The notes under the pieces were generated by a model, which saw nothing but the letters and a program-made list of their open reading frames with translations, was not told the DNA's origin and made no database searches. Shown piece after piece: positions 38,700 to 51,932 of a stretch of 64,000 nt of DNA. Positions within the stretch are counted from its first letter, which is position 1; every line of letters begins with the position of its first letter. The DNA comes from Octopus bimaculoides (lineage: Eukaryota): the NCBI RefSeq assembly GCF_001194135.2, contig NC_068996.1:6329848-6393847 (forward strand). Direction: 5' to 3'. Both the position numbers and the translations under genes were made by a program.

Positions 38700-38997
38700 C
38701 TAATGGATACAAATTAATTTATTAATTAATCAACATATTCACCTACAATTGTTTCATTTCACAAACAAAATTAAAATTACAAAACATATACAAATATATA
38801 ATTTTGCATTTTAAATAGCTTATATGGAAAACCATCAGGGTGTACAAAGGTCAATGCAAGGATGATTTTCCATACAAGATATTTAAAATGCAAAATTATA
38901 TATTTATGCACGTTTAGTAATTTTAATTTTATTTGTGAAATGAAACAGTTGTAGGTGAAAATGTTAATTAATTAATAAATTAATTTGTATCCTTTAG
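38700..38997. repeat. Long imperfect palindrome (about 137-bp arms, 24-nt loop), probably a fold-back MITE
   Basis: 38700-38836 is the reverse complement of 38861-38997 at roughly 90% identity. Confidence 0.9.
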
Positions 38998-39018
38998 AAC
39001 ACACTGTTTTCTAACTTG

Positions 39019-39061
<43 letters not shown>

Positions 39062-39196
39062 TATAAATAGCTTAGACATTCTGATACTAATAACCTGGTG
39101 TTAGGACTCAATATCCACATGCTTCAGAATGAAGTGTCACTTGAGTAAAGAGTAGTGATAAGAAACTGGGATGACAAAGTAACAAACAATGGTTAA

Positions 39197-39309
39197 GTTA
39201 TGGACTTCATTAGCTTACAGCTGTTTCTACTATAAGATGCAATGCACTCAATTGTGATTACTTGTGCATTTTATAGCAGACACAGTAGTAAGCTAATGAA
39301 ATTCATAAC
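39197..39309. repeat. Short hairpin / mini-MITE (about 45-bp arms, 23-nt loop)
   Basis: gttatggacttcattagcttacagctgtttctactataagatgca versus tgcattttatagcagacacagtagtaagctaatgaaattcataac. Confidence 0.8.
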
Positions 39310-39336
39310 ATCTTTTATTCCTTTGTGTATGTATGA

Positions 39337-39659
39337 AATGAGCGTGACCGTTGCCAGTACTGCCTGACTGGCCTTTGTAGGGTTTTCGAGTGAGATCGTT
39401 GCCAGTGCCCCTGGACTGGCTCTTGTGCGGGTGGCACATAAAAGACACCATTTCGAGCGTGGCCGTTTTCGTGCGGGTGACACGTAAAAGCACTCACTAC
39501 ACTCTCTGAGTGGTTGGCATTAGGAAGGGCATCCAGCTGTAGAAACTCTGCCAAATTAGATTGGAGCCTGGTGTTGCCATCCGGTTTCACCAGTCCTCAA
39601 TTAAATCGTCCAACCCATGCTAGCATGGAAAGCGGACGTTAAACGATGATGATGATGAT
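39337..39659 (+). mobile_element. Young RTE-family 3' tail
   Basis: Same family. Further copies at 7782-8040(-), 12733-12922(-), 33473-33628(+), 38071-38194(-), 57260-57385(+) and 62264-62432(-). Older relatives at ~4645-4800, 24905-25074, 27282-27480, 34800-35395, 41975-42125 and 51105-51537. Confidence 0.85.
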
Positions 39660-40736
39660 ATATATAAGAAGAAAAGAAAATGGAGATTAGGAAGTTAATA
39701 ATTGTTTATTATTAACTTCCTAAACTCCATTTCTTTCCTTCTTTTAAATGAATATAAACTGTATGCTTTATATATACCTATTGTGTTGAGGGAATTTCAT
39801 CCTCCCAAAATATCACTATTTCCTTGGAAGTAACCATCACTTCATGGGGTTAACATATCTTCTAATTAAATATATATATATATATGCATATATGCATATA
39901 TGCATACATATATGTGCATACTTACATATACATGTATATACATATGCATATATGAGTACAGGATGTCATAAAATGTAAACAACATGAAATACAAACTTTC
40001 TTGTGAAAATAAAAGAAACAAATGGAAAACAAGACAAATAACATAAAGAACGACCCTTCATCAGTTGTCGGCTGTTTTATCTACTCTACATTTTGAGCAA
40101 TTATGACAAAATGTGTCTTTGAAAAACAGTTACTCCCACAAAGCAAAATAAAATTTGGGATTTGTGGAGGGTCAAAGTTGGTAACAAAAACAGGACAGTG
40201 AAAACAAACAGTAAGGGCTGATAAGCCATAACAAGGTGAGGTGGCGAATCTGTGTGGCAGATCAAAAGGAAAGAAAGAAATTCAAGTTAGGAAAAGAAAG
40301 ATGGCCAATGGTCACGTGTGAGCAATGAGAGAGTAGAGGAAGAGTGAGAAAGAGAGAGAGAGAGAGAGATAGAGAACAGTGAAGGGGAGACGAAAAGAAT
40401 TAGAGAAAAATGAAAGGGGGAGAAGGGGAGATAAAGAGAATTTAAGAAAGAAAGAGAGAGGAAATGAAGGTGGGGAGAGAGAATGGTACAGAGAGTCACA
40501 ACAGGGTGTGAACAGTATTTGAGGACAGATTTATAGTTTACAAAAAAAAACCCACTTATAAGCATCAATAACTGTCTCTACGCAGGGTCAAAATCATTTA
40601 CCAGCTTGGATTAAGTGGTCCTTGTTCATATCAGTCTCTTTTGCCAACCTACTAAATTATGGGGACATAAACACACCAGCATCAGTTGTGAAGTGATGGT
40701 GGGAGGACAAACACAGACACACACACATATATATAT

Positions 40737-40767
<31 letters not shown>

Positions 40768-41369
40768 TATATATGACAGGCTTCTTTCAGTTTCCGTCTA
40801 CCAAATCCACTCACAAGGCTTTGGTTGGCCCAAGGCTATAGAAGAAGATACTTGCCCAAGGTGCCACATAGTGGGACTGAACCCAGAATCATGTGGTTGA
40901 TAAGCAAGCTACTTACCACACAGCTACTCCTGCGCTTATATGTGTGTATGTGTGTGTGTAATGTCAATACAAAAAGATACTACAATGATATATTAAACAC
41001 ATTATGGTATGAGTGGCTCACTAGCAATTAAAAACCAAAAAGGAATTAATAAATAAAGGGTGCAAAATAGCATCAGCAACTGCTAAAAATAAGAGTCAAA
41101 ATTAACTCTAAAAGCCACGAAAAAGCACTAACCTCTTTATATTTACGGGAAGTGGGCACAGCAAGCTAAATGTTCTTCCCCTTTTTGAGATAAACTCACC
41201 AAAAAAAGAAAACAAAGTTGGACAAAGCTTTATCATATGATTTCAAAATTTAACCAGTAAGGTCTTGTTTCTCCTCAGAAGCATCTACCGACTAGATTAA
41301 TGCTTTTTTGTGGACTTTAGAGTTAATTTTGGCTCTTATCTTTAGCAATCACTGGTGCTATTCTGCACC

Positions 41370-41405
<36 letters not shown>

Positions 41406-42120
41406 NNNNNNNNNNNNNNNNNNNNNNNNNNNNNNNNNNNNNNNNNNNNNNNNNNNNNNNNNNNNNNNNNNNNNNNNNNNNNNNNNNNNNNNNNNNNNNN
41501 NNNNNNNNNNNNNNNNNNNNNNNNNNNNNNNNNNNNNNNNNNNNNNNNNNNNNNNNNNNNNNNNNNNNNNNNNNNNNNNNNNNNNNNNNNNNNNNNNNNN
41601 NNNNNNNNNNNNNNNNNNNNNNNNNNNNNNNNNNNNNNNNNNNNNNNNNNNNNNNNNNNNNNNNNNNNNNNNNNNNNNNNNNNNNNNNNNNNNNNNNNNN
41701 NNNNNNNNNNNNNNNNNNNNNNNNNNNNNNNNNNNNNNNNNNNNNNNNNNNNNNNNNNNNNNNNNNNNNNNNNTATATATATATATATATATATACATAT
41801 ATATGACGGGCTTCTTTCAGCTTCCATCTACCAGATCCACTCACAAGGCTTTGGTCGGCCCAAGGCTATAGAAGACACTTGCCCAAGGTGCCACGCAGTG
41901 GGGCTGAACCTGGAACCATGTGGTTGGTAAGCAAGCTACTTACCACATAGCCACATATATATAATATATATCTTCATTTAACCTCCTCCATTATCCATGC
42001 TTGCATGGGTTCAACAGTTTGATCTGGACTGGTAAGCTGAAGGGTTGCACCACACTCTAGTCTGACTTGGCATGGTTTCTACGGCTGGATGTCGTTCCTA
42101 ATGCCAACCACCCCAAGAGT

Positions 42121-42167
<47 letters not shown>

Positions 42168-42910
42168 TAGAGAGAGAGATAGTGACAAATATATACACAC
42201 ACAAGAGGATTCTTTCCATTTTCATCTATGAAATTAAAATATATAGCTATCAGAAAAACAAACAAAGGAACCTGTATGTGGCCACTCAAATGGCTACAAA
42301 CAGCAGCTAAATCTCTCTTGAAATCACACCCCAACAGCTTAAAAAAGAAAAAGAAAAAATGGAAGGACATAATAATTCTAAATATATTATATCTGGTGGG
42401 GGGGAGGGGAATAGGTAAAAATGCAATATTCACAACTAGAACACCTTTGATCATATATATGTATGTTGGATTTGGGCTAAACAATTCCACGACCATCAAA
42501 AACACATCGGTTTGTAATAAACTGATTTGCTTCAACTTCTACAACACACAAGTCAAATATTTGGATAAAAGGGTTCACAAAAGTTGGGTGGATATTTTAC
42601 TATAAAGAACAAGAGATATGTACTGTTTTGAGTAAGATCCTTTGTTGTTAACTATATCCATAATAAAGAGTCCTGGTTGAAACAGATTAATTTATTTCCC
42701 TTTGTTAATTTTATATACTCTTAACTCTTTTACTTGTTTCAGTCATTTGACTGCGGCCATGCTGGAGCACCACCTTTAGTCGAGCAAATCGACCCCAGGA
42801 CTTATTCTATCGGTCTCTTTTGCAGAACCACTAAGTTACGGGGACGTAAACATACCAGCATCGGTTGTCAAGCGATGTTGGGGGGAACAAACACAGACAC
42901 ACAAACATAT

Positions 42911-42970
<60 letters not shown>

Positions 42971-43323
42971 CGGGCTTCTTTCAGTTTCCGTCTACCAAAT
43001 CCACTCACAAAGCTTTGGACGGCCCGAGGCTATAGTAGAAGACACTTGCCCAAGGTGCCACATTTACAATTTTGTTGAAGGAAGTCACTATTAGTTTCCT
43101 CAGATTCTGCTGTTTCATTGAAATATTTGTCGGTCAATTTTTTTCTTTAATGAGTGACATTAAAATAAGAAAAAGAAAAATGAACTCCAACAAATAGAGA
43201 TTGAGAATAAATGTACATAAATATGATTACGCTGTTGATGTCATTAGAAATTTCAAGAATTTGTAATATTTCTTTTTAGGAATGGTGAAGTTCAAAGCAA
43301 TTAAAGTAGCTATAAAACCTTAC

Positions 43324-43610
43324 CAGCATCAGTAGGAAGAGATACGGTTGATGATGATAGATGTAAGTAGAGCTGATCAGATACTTGATCAATTCCAGCA
43401 AGGCATTGCTCAGATGAGGCTCGTGATTGAAAGCCGACATGTCCCAAATTGTCTTCACTTTTCCATCCATTGTTATTATTCCTGATTTTCTCATCATCCT
43501 CTTGATCAGTAAGTAGGCTGTTATCAAGTGTTGATTTTGACCGCTTATAAACACCCACAGACCGGTGTGACTGCTTGCTTCTGTAAGATGCATAGGTGTC
43601 ACGCGGATAC
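43324..43610 (-). CDS. Internal coding exon (287 nt) of an unidentified large gene; Ser/Asp-rich, low complexity
   Basis: Minus strand: T-rich tract ...ttttcgttttaatttacatgacAG| then open frame G|YPRDTYASYRSKQSHRSVGVYKRSKSTLDNSLLTDQEDDEKIRNNNNGWKSEDNLGHVGFQSRASSEQCLAGIDQVSDQLYLHLSSSTVSLPTDA-G, ending at donor G|GTAAGG. Starts phase 2, ends phase 1. Unique, non-repeat sequence. Confidence 0.75.
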
Positions 43611-44995
43611 CTGTCATGTAAATTAAAACGAAAAAATAAGTCTTAAGACAAAGGAAAGTTTTCAGTTAGAAGCTCATTAAAAAAAATAAATTATTAATAA
43701 TAGTTTCAAATTTTGGCACAAGGCCAGCAATTTTGAGGGAGTGGGTAAGTTAATAACCTCGACCCCAGTGCTTGACTGGTACTTATATTTCACCGGTCCC
43801 AAAAGGATGAATGGCAAAGTCAGCTTCATTGGAATCTGAATGCAGAACGTAAAACAGAAGAAATGCCATTAACCATTTTATCTGGTATGCTAATGGTTCT
43901 GCCAACTCTCCACCTTAAAGAATTTATTAGTAATAATAAATGGGAAAATTCAATAATTATACTTTCCAAAACTTTGATATTTTATTACCTGGTTTTCAAA
44001 ATAATTGAGATTTGGAAGAATTCACAGAAATATTAGTATGATTTTCATAAATTAGTAATGTGAAGTGATGTTTCAAACACATTTTGGTAATATTGTTTAT
44101 AAAAGTTAGAAACTTTTGTAAGTTGACATAACTCTCTCTCTCTGAGCAACTGCCTCATAGGCTGATACTTAAACTAATTTCTGTAATTCAATAATGCATT
44201 AATTAAGTGGTTTCTGCTTTTATGAAACTTGCTCGTCTAATGTCACCTCACCTTAAACAGTGTACATGGGCTTCTAACTTTCTTCTTTGATACACTAAAA
44301 GCATTTCTCATTTACTGAACAGATTGTCAAAATTCTTTCTTAGAACTGCATTCCTCTCACATGTGTACCACTGTAACTGTTAATACCTTCATCATCACAA
44401 CCCCTGCACCAACACAATTTGTTATTGTATATTGGAGTATGTAATATAGTTCTCAGCTTAAGTGAAAACCTGCTGTAAGTGGGAAAACAGATTTTGAGCT
44501 GCACCTTGTCGTTCCATCAACTTCTAGCATACAATAAGTTTGTTCAATTGGAGCTGATCAAGGACAATACAATAACATCATCAGTGTTATCAGCAACCTC
44601 TTTAATTTTAGGCCTGCATGTCTCTAACCTTTTTCAATCAGTGTAAGGATTCTCTTGTGTTTTCTGCTAACATATAATAAGCTTTGTTTAGACTACTTCC
44701 ACTTCCTGTAAACACAACTAACATCAGCTCACTCAAAATATACATCATATATTAATTACAATTACACGTCTGCTTCAGAGTAAATGCCTCAGTCTTGATA
44801 CAAAAACTTATCTTGTTGGTATTTGCTGTTTAGTTTCCATAGCAGACCTGATCAAAGCAATCCAACCTGTGATTATTTCATCCTTTATTCAGATTTAGTA
44901 TATGTAGGATTATATTACCTGATGTGTTCCTTTTTTTTTTAAATCAACAGAAAAATTTGACTACTATTTCTAGCAATTTGAGCAATCATGCAAAG

Positions 44996-45221
44996 CAGTG
45001 GTTCTCAACCATTTTTTACCTGTGGACTCCTTTGATTCCTATTTTACTCAGGTGGATCCTCTCAGCCATTTGATGTTTAAAAAAATGATATTATATTTTT
45101 ATACTTAAAAGGAACTGTATAAAAAATTTTAAATATTTTTTGTATTGTAAAAGTAGAACCGATTTACTGTACATAGATTTAAACAATAAAACCTTGTACG
45201 GACCCTGGTTGAGGATCACTG
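44996..45221. mobile_element. hAT-Charlie-type MITE (MER5-like)
   Basis: TIR CAGTGGTTCTCAACC / GGTTGAGGATCACTG; 8-bp TSD atgcaaag / atgtaaag. Confidence 0.85.
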
Positions 45222-46565
45222 ATGTAAAGGCTATTGTGGTGGTCTAAGATGCATTCTACAACTCTATGGCTTCAAATCTTGTAATAAGCTTCTCAGGTTT
45301 ATCTAGAAAAAATCTAGAAAAATCCTTACTTAGTATATACCCATCTCCAAATATTTCAAATCTTTAAAAAGATTCTTTGAAATATCTTCATTCATTCATT
45401 TCATGTAAGATAAAATAATTTTACTATCTTAATAATTCTGTAATTTTGAAGGTGTTTAATGTTTCATTTCAATTTCACGATGTCTTGTTTTTCTCTTTCA
45501 GCATAATTTTGATTAATGAGGTACAATGTTATTTCCTTCTATGTGGTTGGTAGAGGGGTGGCAAATACTTCACTTAAGTGCAAGCACGTTTCCTGTAAAT
45601 TCATCTGGTTATAATCTTATTTCTGATACACTTCTTGCTTACATGTTATGTAAGTAGTATCTAATTACTTTCATTAACCTTTCCATTCATTTGATCTAGT
45701 AAACACTCATCCGCTCTCTCTCTCTCTCTCTCTCTCTTTCCATACATACACTCAAGTATGAAGAGAATTTGAATACTTGGCAGCAGGGTTGAAGTTATCA
45801 GATATCAAGACTGATCAAACACCACAGCTTCTTGATTTTACAAAGCATGCTCTTCTCAAGTTAATACTTAATTGTGATTTTCTTTGACTTAACCTTTTTT
45901 GATAACACCCTGCAACAAGACTATCTCTGCTTCTCTGATACAAACTTCCTGTTTTAAAATGATCTCAAAACTTCATGTAAAATTTAAAAAATCTCATGTT
46001 AATCTATTTTCCATACACCAACTTAATAACGATAAAGATATTTTACTAAATTCTTCATTATTTTCAAAATTAACTGAAACAAAGACAGTCTATTTCAATA
46101 AATATCATCATCATTTTTGTTTCGCATTTCAAAGATTGCACTGAGTGGACAGAGTTTATTGAGGCAGATTGTTTTTATTGCCTGATGTTCTTACTACCGA
46201 ACCTCACTTGTTTCCAAATGTCTGTTTGTAAAATTCATGTTACCATTTTTAGTCTGCTAACATGAATTCACAAACACACATTTAGCATCCAAATGTACAT
46301 CTTTTTACCTCTGATGATATTGTGCTCATGTCGCATAAATGTAAATTCAATGCTTACTGAGTATTAATAGAAACGGCTGTAAGTGAAGATGACCAATTTG
46401 CTGTTAATAATAAACAATTATTAACTTCACAATCTCCATTTTCCTCTTCTCTTAAATGAATATGAACTGTATGTTTTTATATAAACCTATTATTTTAAGG
46501 AAATTCATTCCCCCAAAATACTAGGTATTTCCTTGGATGAAACCATCCCTTCAAGAGGTTAACAA

Positions 46566-47750
46566 GAGGATGGGGCAGAGAGGACAGATGTTTTTGTAAT
46601 GACTATTACTCAGCCCCAAGGTGTCTTAGCATGTTTGTTTTTCTTTTCAGATGAAGCCATGGACGATACAGCAGCGCATGTTTGCCTACGACAGTGACAT
46701 GAAGAATAACAAGTCTGTCACAGCAGTTCAGCGTGAGTTTTTGGCACCACTTCAACATTCACCAAAATCAGGCTGTTCCCACCTGTAACATAATCTTATG
46801 TTGGGTGAATGCACTTTGTACATGAGGTACACAAATGAATAGGAAACTGGTGCGGGTGCTATAAGCTGTACGGACTCTGGAAAATGTGGAACATGTCAGA
46901 CAAACTTTGATACGGAGTCCAAATCACTCTGCTCAAAGGCATTCCACTGAACTTGGCATTGGTAATCGATCAGTAAGGCGTTTTTTGCATGAAGACTTGC
47001 ATTTCCACCTGTACAAATTGATCATTGGGCAACAGTTGAAACCATGGGACTATGCACAGTGGCTTAACTTCGCACATCAGATGGAAGCAATTTTTGAAGC
47101 ATTGTGAATCAAAAGAGCTTTTGTTACTGGGTTCTTGAAAATCTGAGAGAACTGCACAAAAGACCACGGCACAGCCCCAAAATGATGGTCTGGTGTGATG
47201 TTGGAAAAACTGCCGTCATTGGTCCTTACTTTTTTGAACTCTGAGTTATTATATCAAGATGATAAACAACTTCTTTGTGCCTGAATTATGACGAAAATGC
47301 ATGCCTTTTCGACATGTGTGGTTTTAGCAGGGTGGAGTGACAACCCACACAGCCAGATCATCATTAATAGACGTCTTTACCCTCTTTTCAGTGACTGCCT
47401 CATTTCCAAGTTTACTGACATTCCTTGGCCCCCTGATTTGTCCAGGTGTGATTATTTCTTGTGGGGAAACCTCAAGCCCCATACAGTGGACGATTTGAAG
47501 GAAGCTATTAGCGTGGAAGTCACCTAAATTGACAGAGCAATGCTGGAGAGAGTGGAGGCCAACTTCCAAGAACGCCTTCAGAAATGCATCAATGAAAACG
47601 GACAGCACATGATGCATGTTGTTTTCCACACTTGATTTTGACAAATGCTAATTCAGTACAAACACATTGATGTCAATAAAATTTGTTTGCAGCTAAAATT
47701 AATGATTTTGTGAATTTTTCAAAAACGTCTGTCCTCTCTGCCCCACCCTG
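46566..47750 (+). mobile_element. Decayed Tc1/mariner element, rosa/DD41D-like
   Basis: TIR (c)AGG(g)TGGGGCAGAGAGGACAGA.GTTTTTG / CAAAAACGTCTGTCCTCTCTGCCCCACCCTG|TA. Peptide remnants MKPWTIQQRMFAYD..AVQRE, RSVRRFLHEDLHFHLYKL, WF*QGGVTTHTAR, DIPWPP-DLSRCDYFLWG. The first-Asp region is deleted. Family assignment is by remembered consensus. Confidence 0.85.
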
Positions 47751-48019
47751 TATATATNNNNNNNNNNNNNNNNNNNNNNNNNNNNNNNNNNNNNNNNNNN
47801 NNNNNNNNNNNNNNNNNNNNNNNNNNNNNNNNNNNNNNNNNNNNNNNNNNNNNNNNNNNNNNNNNNNNNNNNNNNNNNNNNNNNNNNNNNNNNNNNNNNN
47901 NNNNNNNNNNNNNNNNNNNNNNNNNNNNNNNNNNNNNNNNNNNNNNNNNNNNNNNNNNNNNNNNNNNNNNNNNNNNNNNNNNNNNNNNNNNNNNNNNNNN
48001 NNNNNNNNNNNNNNNNNNN

Positions 48020-48050
<31 letters not shown>

Positions 48051-48548
48051 CAAAATTCTGTCTGTCCCCTGTACCTCAGTCTACATTTGCTCTACCAAGA
48101 CACATTATACCCTTTTTGGAATCAGGATGATCCCAGGATTAAAAACCTGCCTTTCATTCAGTTCTTGAACATCCAGCATTATGATCTGATTTAAAAGCAT
48201 TTTGGTTGCTATTTCTAGCAGTTAAAGTGACAGAGAAAGGTTTCAGCGCCATAGTACAAGAGTTACTTCCCTTCGCTTTTAGTTTTATAAGTAATTTAGT
48301 TATTCTTTTTCAGTCATCACACTGTGGCTACACTGGGACGCTGCCTTGAAGAATTTTGTCAAACAAATTGACACCAGTTCTTTCTTTTTTATGACTGGTA
48401 CTTTTTCTATTGATCACTTTTACTAAACCACTAAGTTACGTGAACGTAAACACCAGTTATCAAGCGGCGGTGGAGGACAAACACAGACACAATACATACA
48501 TACATGCATGCATACATGCATGCATACATGCATACATACATATGTCAC

Positions 48549-49430
48549 AGCGCACGCTGCATGGCAGTGAAACATGGGCTGTAACAGCGGAGGACATGTG
48601 TAGGCTTGAAAGAAATGAAGCCAGTATGCTTTGCTGGATGTGCAATATCAGTGTGCATGTTCAATAGATGGTAAGCATCTTGAGAGAAAAGTTAGGCATA
48701 AGAGGCATCAGATGTGGTGTGCAAGAGAGATGACTGCACTGGAATAGTCATGTGATGCGTATGGACGAGGACAGCTGTGTGAAGAAGTGCCGATCTCTAA
48801 CAGTGGAGGGAATCTGTGGTAGAGGTAGACCCAGGAAGACATGGGACAAAGTGGTGAAGCATGATCTTTGAACTTTGAGTCTCACAGAGGCAACGACTAG
48901 TGACCAAGACCTTTGGTGATGTGTTGTGCTTGAGGACCCATTAAGCCAAGTGAAATCATAGTCATGATAACTGGTACCTGTGCTAGTGGCACGTAAAGAA
49001 CACCTGTTGAGTGTTGGGTCTCATGGAGGCAAAGTGGTTGAGTTCTTTTAGAGTGTTGGGCCTCATGGAGGCAAAGTGGCTGAGTTCCTTTCAAGTGATG
49101 GGCCTCACATAGGCAATGAGCGAGACCTTTTGGCATTATGTTGTGCTTGAGAAGAAGATCCATCAAGCTGAGCAAAATTGCAGTTGTGGCAGATATCAGT
49201 GTCACGCGAATTGGCACCTGTGCTGGTGGCACATAAAAGCATCTATTACACTCTCGGAGTGGTTGGCATTAGGAAGGGCACCCAGCCATAGAAAACCATG
49301 CCAAATCAGACTGGNNNNNNNNNNAGGGCACCCAGCCATAGAAAACCATGCCAAATCAGACTGGAGTCTGGTGCAGCCTGGTCAAACTGTCCAACCCATG
49401 CCAGTATGGACAACAGATGTTAAATGATGA
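48549..49430 (+). mobile_element. 5'-truncated RTE LINE, same family as 14270-15300
   Basis: HGSETWAVTAEDMCRLERNEASMLCWMCNISV..GRGRPRKTW, the same UTR repeats, and tail GTTAAATGATGA. Confidence 0.9.
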
Positions 49431-51901
49431 TCTGCAAGTATGTACGTATATATCATCTATTCAAATTTTAAAAGAACTCCAAAAATTTGTGAACTTAAAA
49501 GATTTTCATTTAAACTGAATTTAAAGTAATACCATATTGGTACGGTACCGATAAATGCTTTATTATCATCACTGTCCTTAGTTTTGGTCTGCAGGCCCAA
49601 TTACCCCCCCCCCCCNNNNNNNNNNNNNNNNNNNNNNNNNNNNNNNNNNNGGAGCGAGTTTAAATGTCTGCAAGAAGTGCAGCTTTTAAGTTAGTATAAA
49701 ATAAAAACAGACAAATGAGTCATCTGATATTGCTACAATTGTATTGTTATGAGTCTTTATTGCGACATAAACACAGTATAGTGAGGTATGCAGTATGCAC
49801 AACATCCATAAAATCACATAATGTTATGCAACTCTCAACTCATCTGGCGAACATGCAAGCAGTGACATGTTGATTAATCAACAGATCATGACAGGCTTCT
49901 TTTTCAGTTGTTTCCATCAACCAAACTGATCCATAACTTGCCCTAAGTGCCACACAGTGGAACTAAACCTAGAACCAAAACAGCCATGCTTGCAACTATG
50001 CTACACTTGTAATTAAAAGTTTAAACTGAAAGGTTAAAGTGAAATTTTTATCTCTAGTGGCTTCAGTTGGATAAGGCAGACAAAATGAGAACCAAAGGTT
50101 GTGAGGAGAGACTGAGTAATGAATATGTGTGAAATTGAGACTACTGGACACTTCATGATTAGAAATTGAAACTTTTACTACAGCCAGTGTTCTATAAGTG
50201 AGTAAGGTACATAACTATGCATACCTTGGTTGGAAATTTAACTGACAAAACAGACTCCTTTCTTATTTTACATCAGAATAAGCAAAACAGCTGTAAAAAC
50301 AATTACTCTAACAACACAAACAACAGCAAAAAGCAGTAAAAAGATTCCTATCCCACCCATGGTAGAATGGAAAATTGGATATTTTCTTTAGAAAAAAATA
50401 AATGTAATGAAATAAGGTACAATAAAATAAATCTTCCTACCTAAATATAATACCTTTCAGAAAATTTTTCCTTTTCACTCTAATGAAAAATATTTAGGGA
50501 TCTCATTTAATATACAATCCAATTTCTTATGGCATAAGCTTGAATACCAAGTCTACCAGATCAAAACTGGTTTAAGAGATTGGCTTAGAGGTGGGAGGGG
50601 GGGCAGCATAAGGCGAGCATAATTAACATCAACAACTAAATTGACTGAGATAAAAACACAATATTTGACTTGCCCCATAGAATTAATTTCATTCTTAATT
50701 ACTAATTTTGAACGAATTTACTTCCAAGTTCAGCTTTCACATATGCAATAATAAAATAATGCTACCACAAAACATGAGAAAACCCTTTATATTAGAGGTC
50801 AGAAACCTTATAAACACATCTTGTGCCTAAATCCTCAATTTTACAAATTGATACATGCACAACTTCTATTAAATCGCAGAAGTTTCAAATTTGAATCAGG
50901 GCAAAATTTTACCTGAGACAGGGTGGGTTTCCTATCACTGTTCTATGTGGTTGCTTCACTTGTTAGAAATAGTAGTCATATCCACCCCCATGTGACACCC
51001 TATCATCTTAAAAAATATTAGGACACATTACAGCTTCTTGGTCAGTTTTGTGAAATGGAACCCTGAAAATATGCAAAGATATTTCCCTCTCCCTCTAGCT
51101 GGGTAACCATGTACTTCCTCTATAGCAAGATACCTATTTCTGCCTTTGTCTCTGTTACACTCTAACCTTTAATTATCTGACACAAGATTCCCTCTCAAAG
51201 ATTCTTTGTCTTACAAGTTACTTGTTGACCCTGCCAGTGCTGGTACCACGTAAAAAGCATCCAGTCCAAACTGCAAAGAGGTTGGCATTTGGAAAGGCAT
51301 CCAGCTGTAAAAAACATGCCAAAACTGACCTTGCCTGTGCTGGTGCCATGTAAAAAGCACTCAGTCCACTCTCTCTGTAAAGTGGTTGGTGTTAAGAAGG
51401 GCATCAAGTTGTAAAAACCCTGCCATAACAGACACAGAAGTCTGGTGCAGGCTCCTGCCTGGCCAGCTCCTGTCAAACCATCCAACCCATGCCAGCATGG
51501 GAGGAGGACATTAAATGATGATGATGATGATGATGATCTCATTCAAAGAGGGCCTGTAAAGGCCACAAACACTGATGCTTCTCCTCTAAAAAGCTAACAA
51601 AAACAGAAATTTAAATTTTGAGAAAATAATAACAATAAGCCATCAGGCTTCTTGACTTGAATCTAACTTGATCCCAGGTCCTTTTCAGTTGAAACAGATC
51701 TACTTGGGATGTTTATCTAGTAATGTTGAATTATTTGATTTGCTGTGTTTATAATTTTAGAAGTTAGCATTACAGTTTACATCTTGTGACAATTGTCAGA
51801 AAATGCAAAGTTTCAAACTAGCTCTGTTTTGACAAACTTCTCTTCATATAAATAAACACTGATCCAGCCATGTAAATACATACACACACACACATTTAAA
51901 G

Positions 51902-51932
<31 letters not shown>

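Noticed and set aside
39960-40330. Repeat containing CTGATGA (minus strand, ~40060)
   Set aside because: No downstream stem II plus GAAA in register, so not a hammerhead as it stands; may be another PLE-related repeat.
43276-43617. 113-aa ORF MTGIRVTPMH.. overlapping the exon
   Set aside because: Alternative frame. The other frame fits both splice sites and the phase of the next exon.
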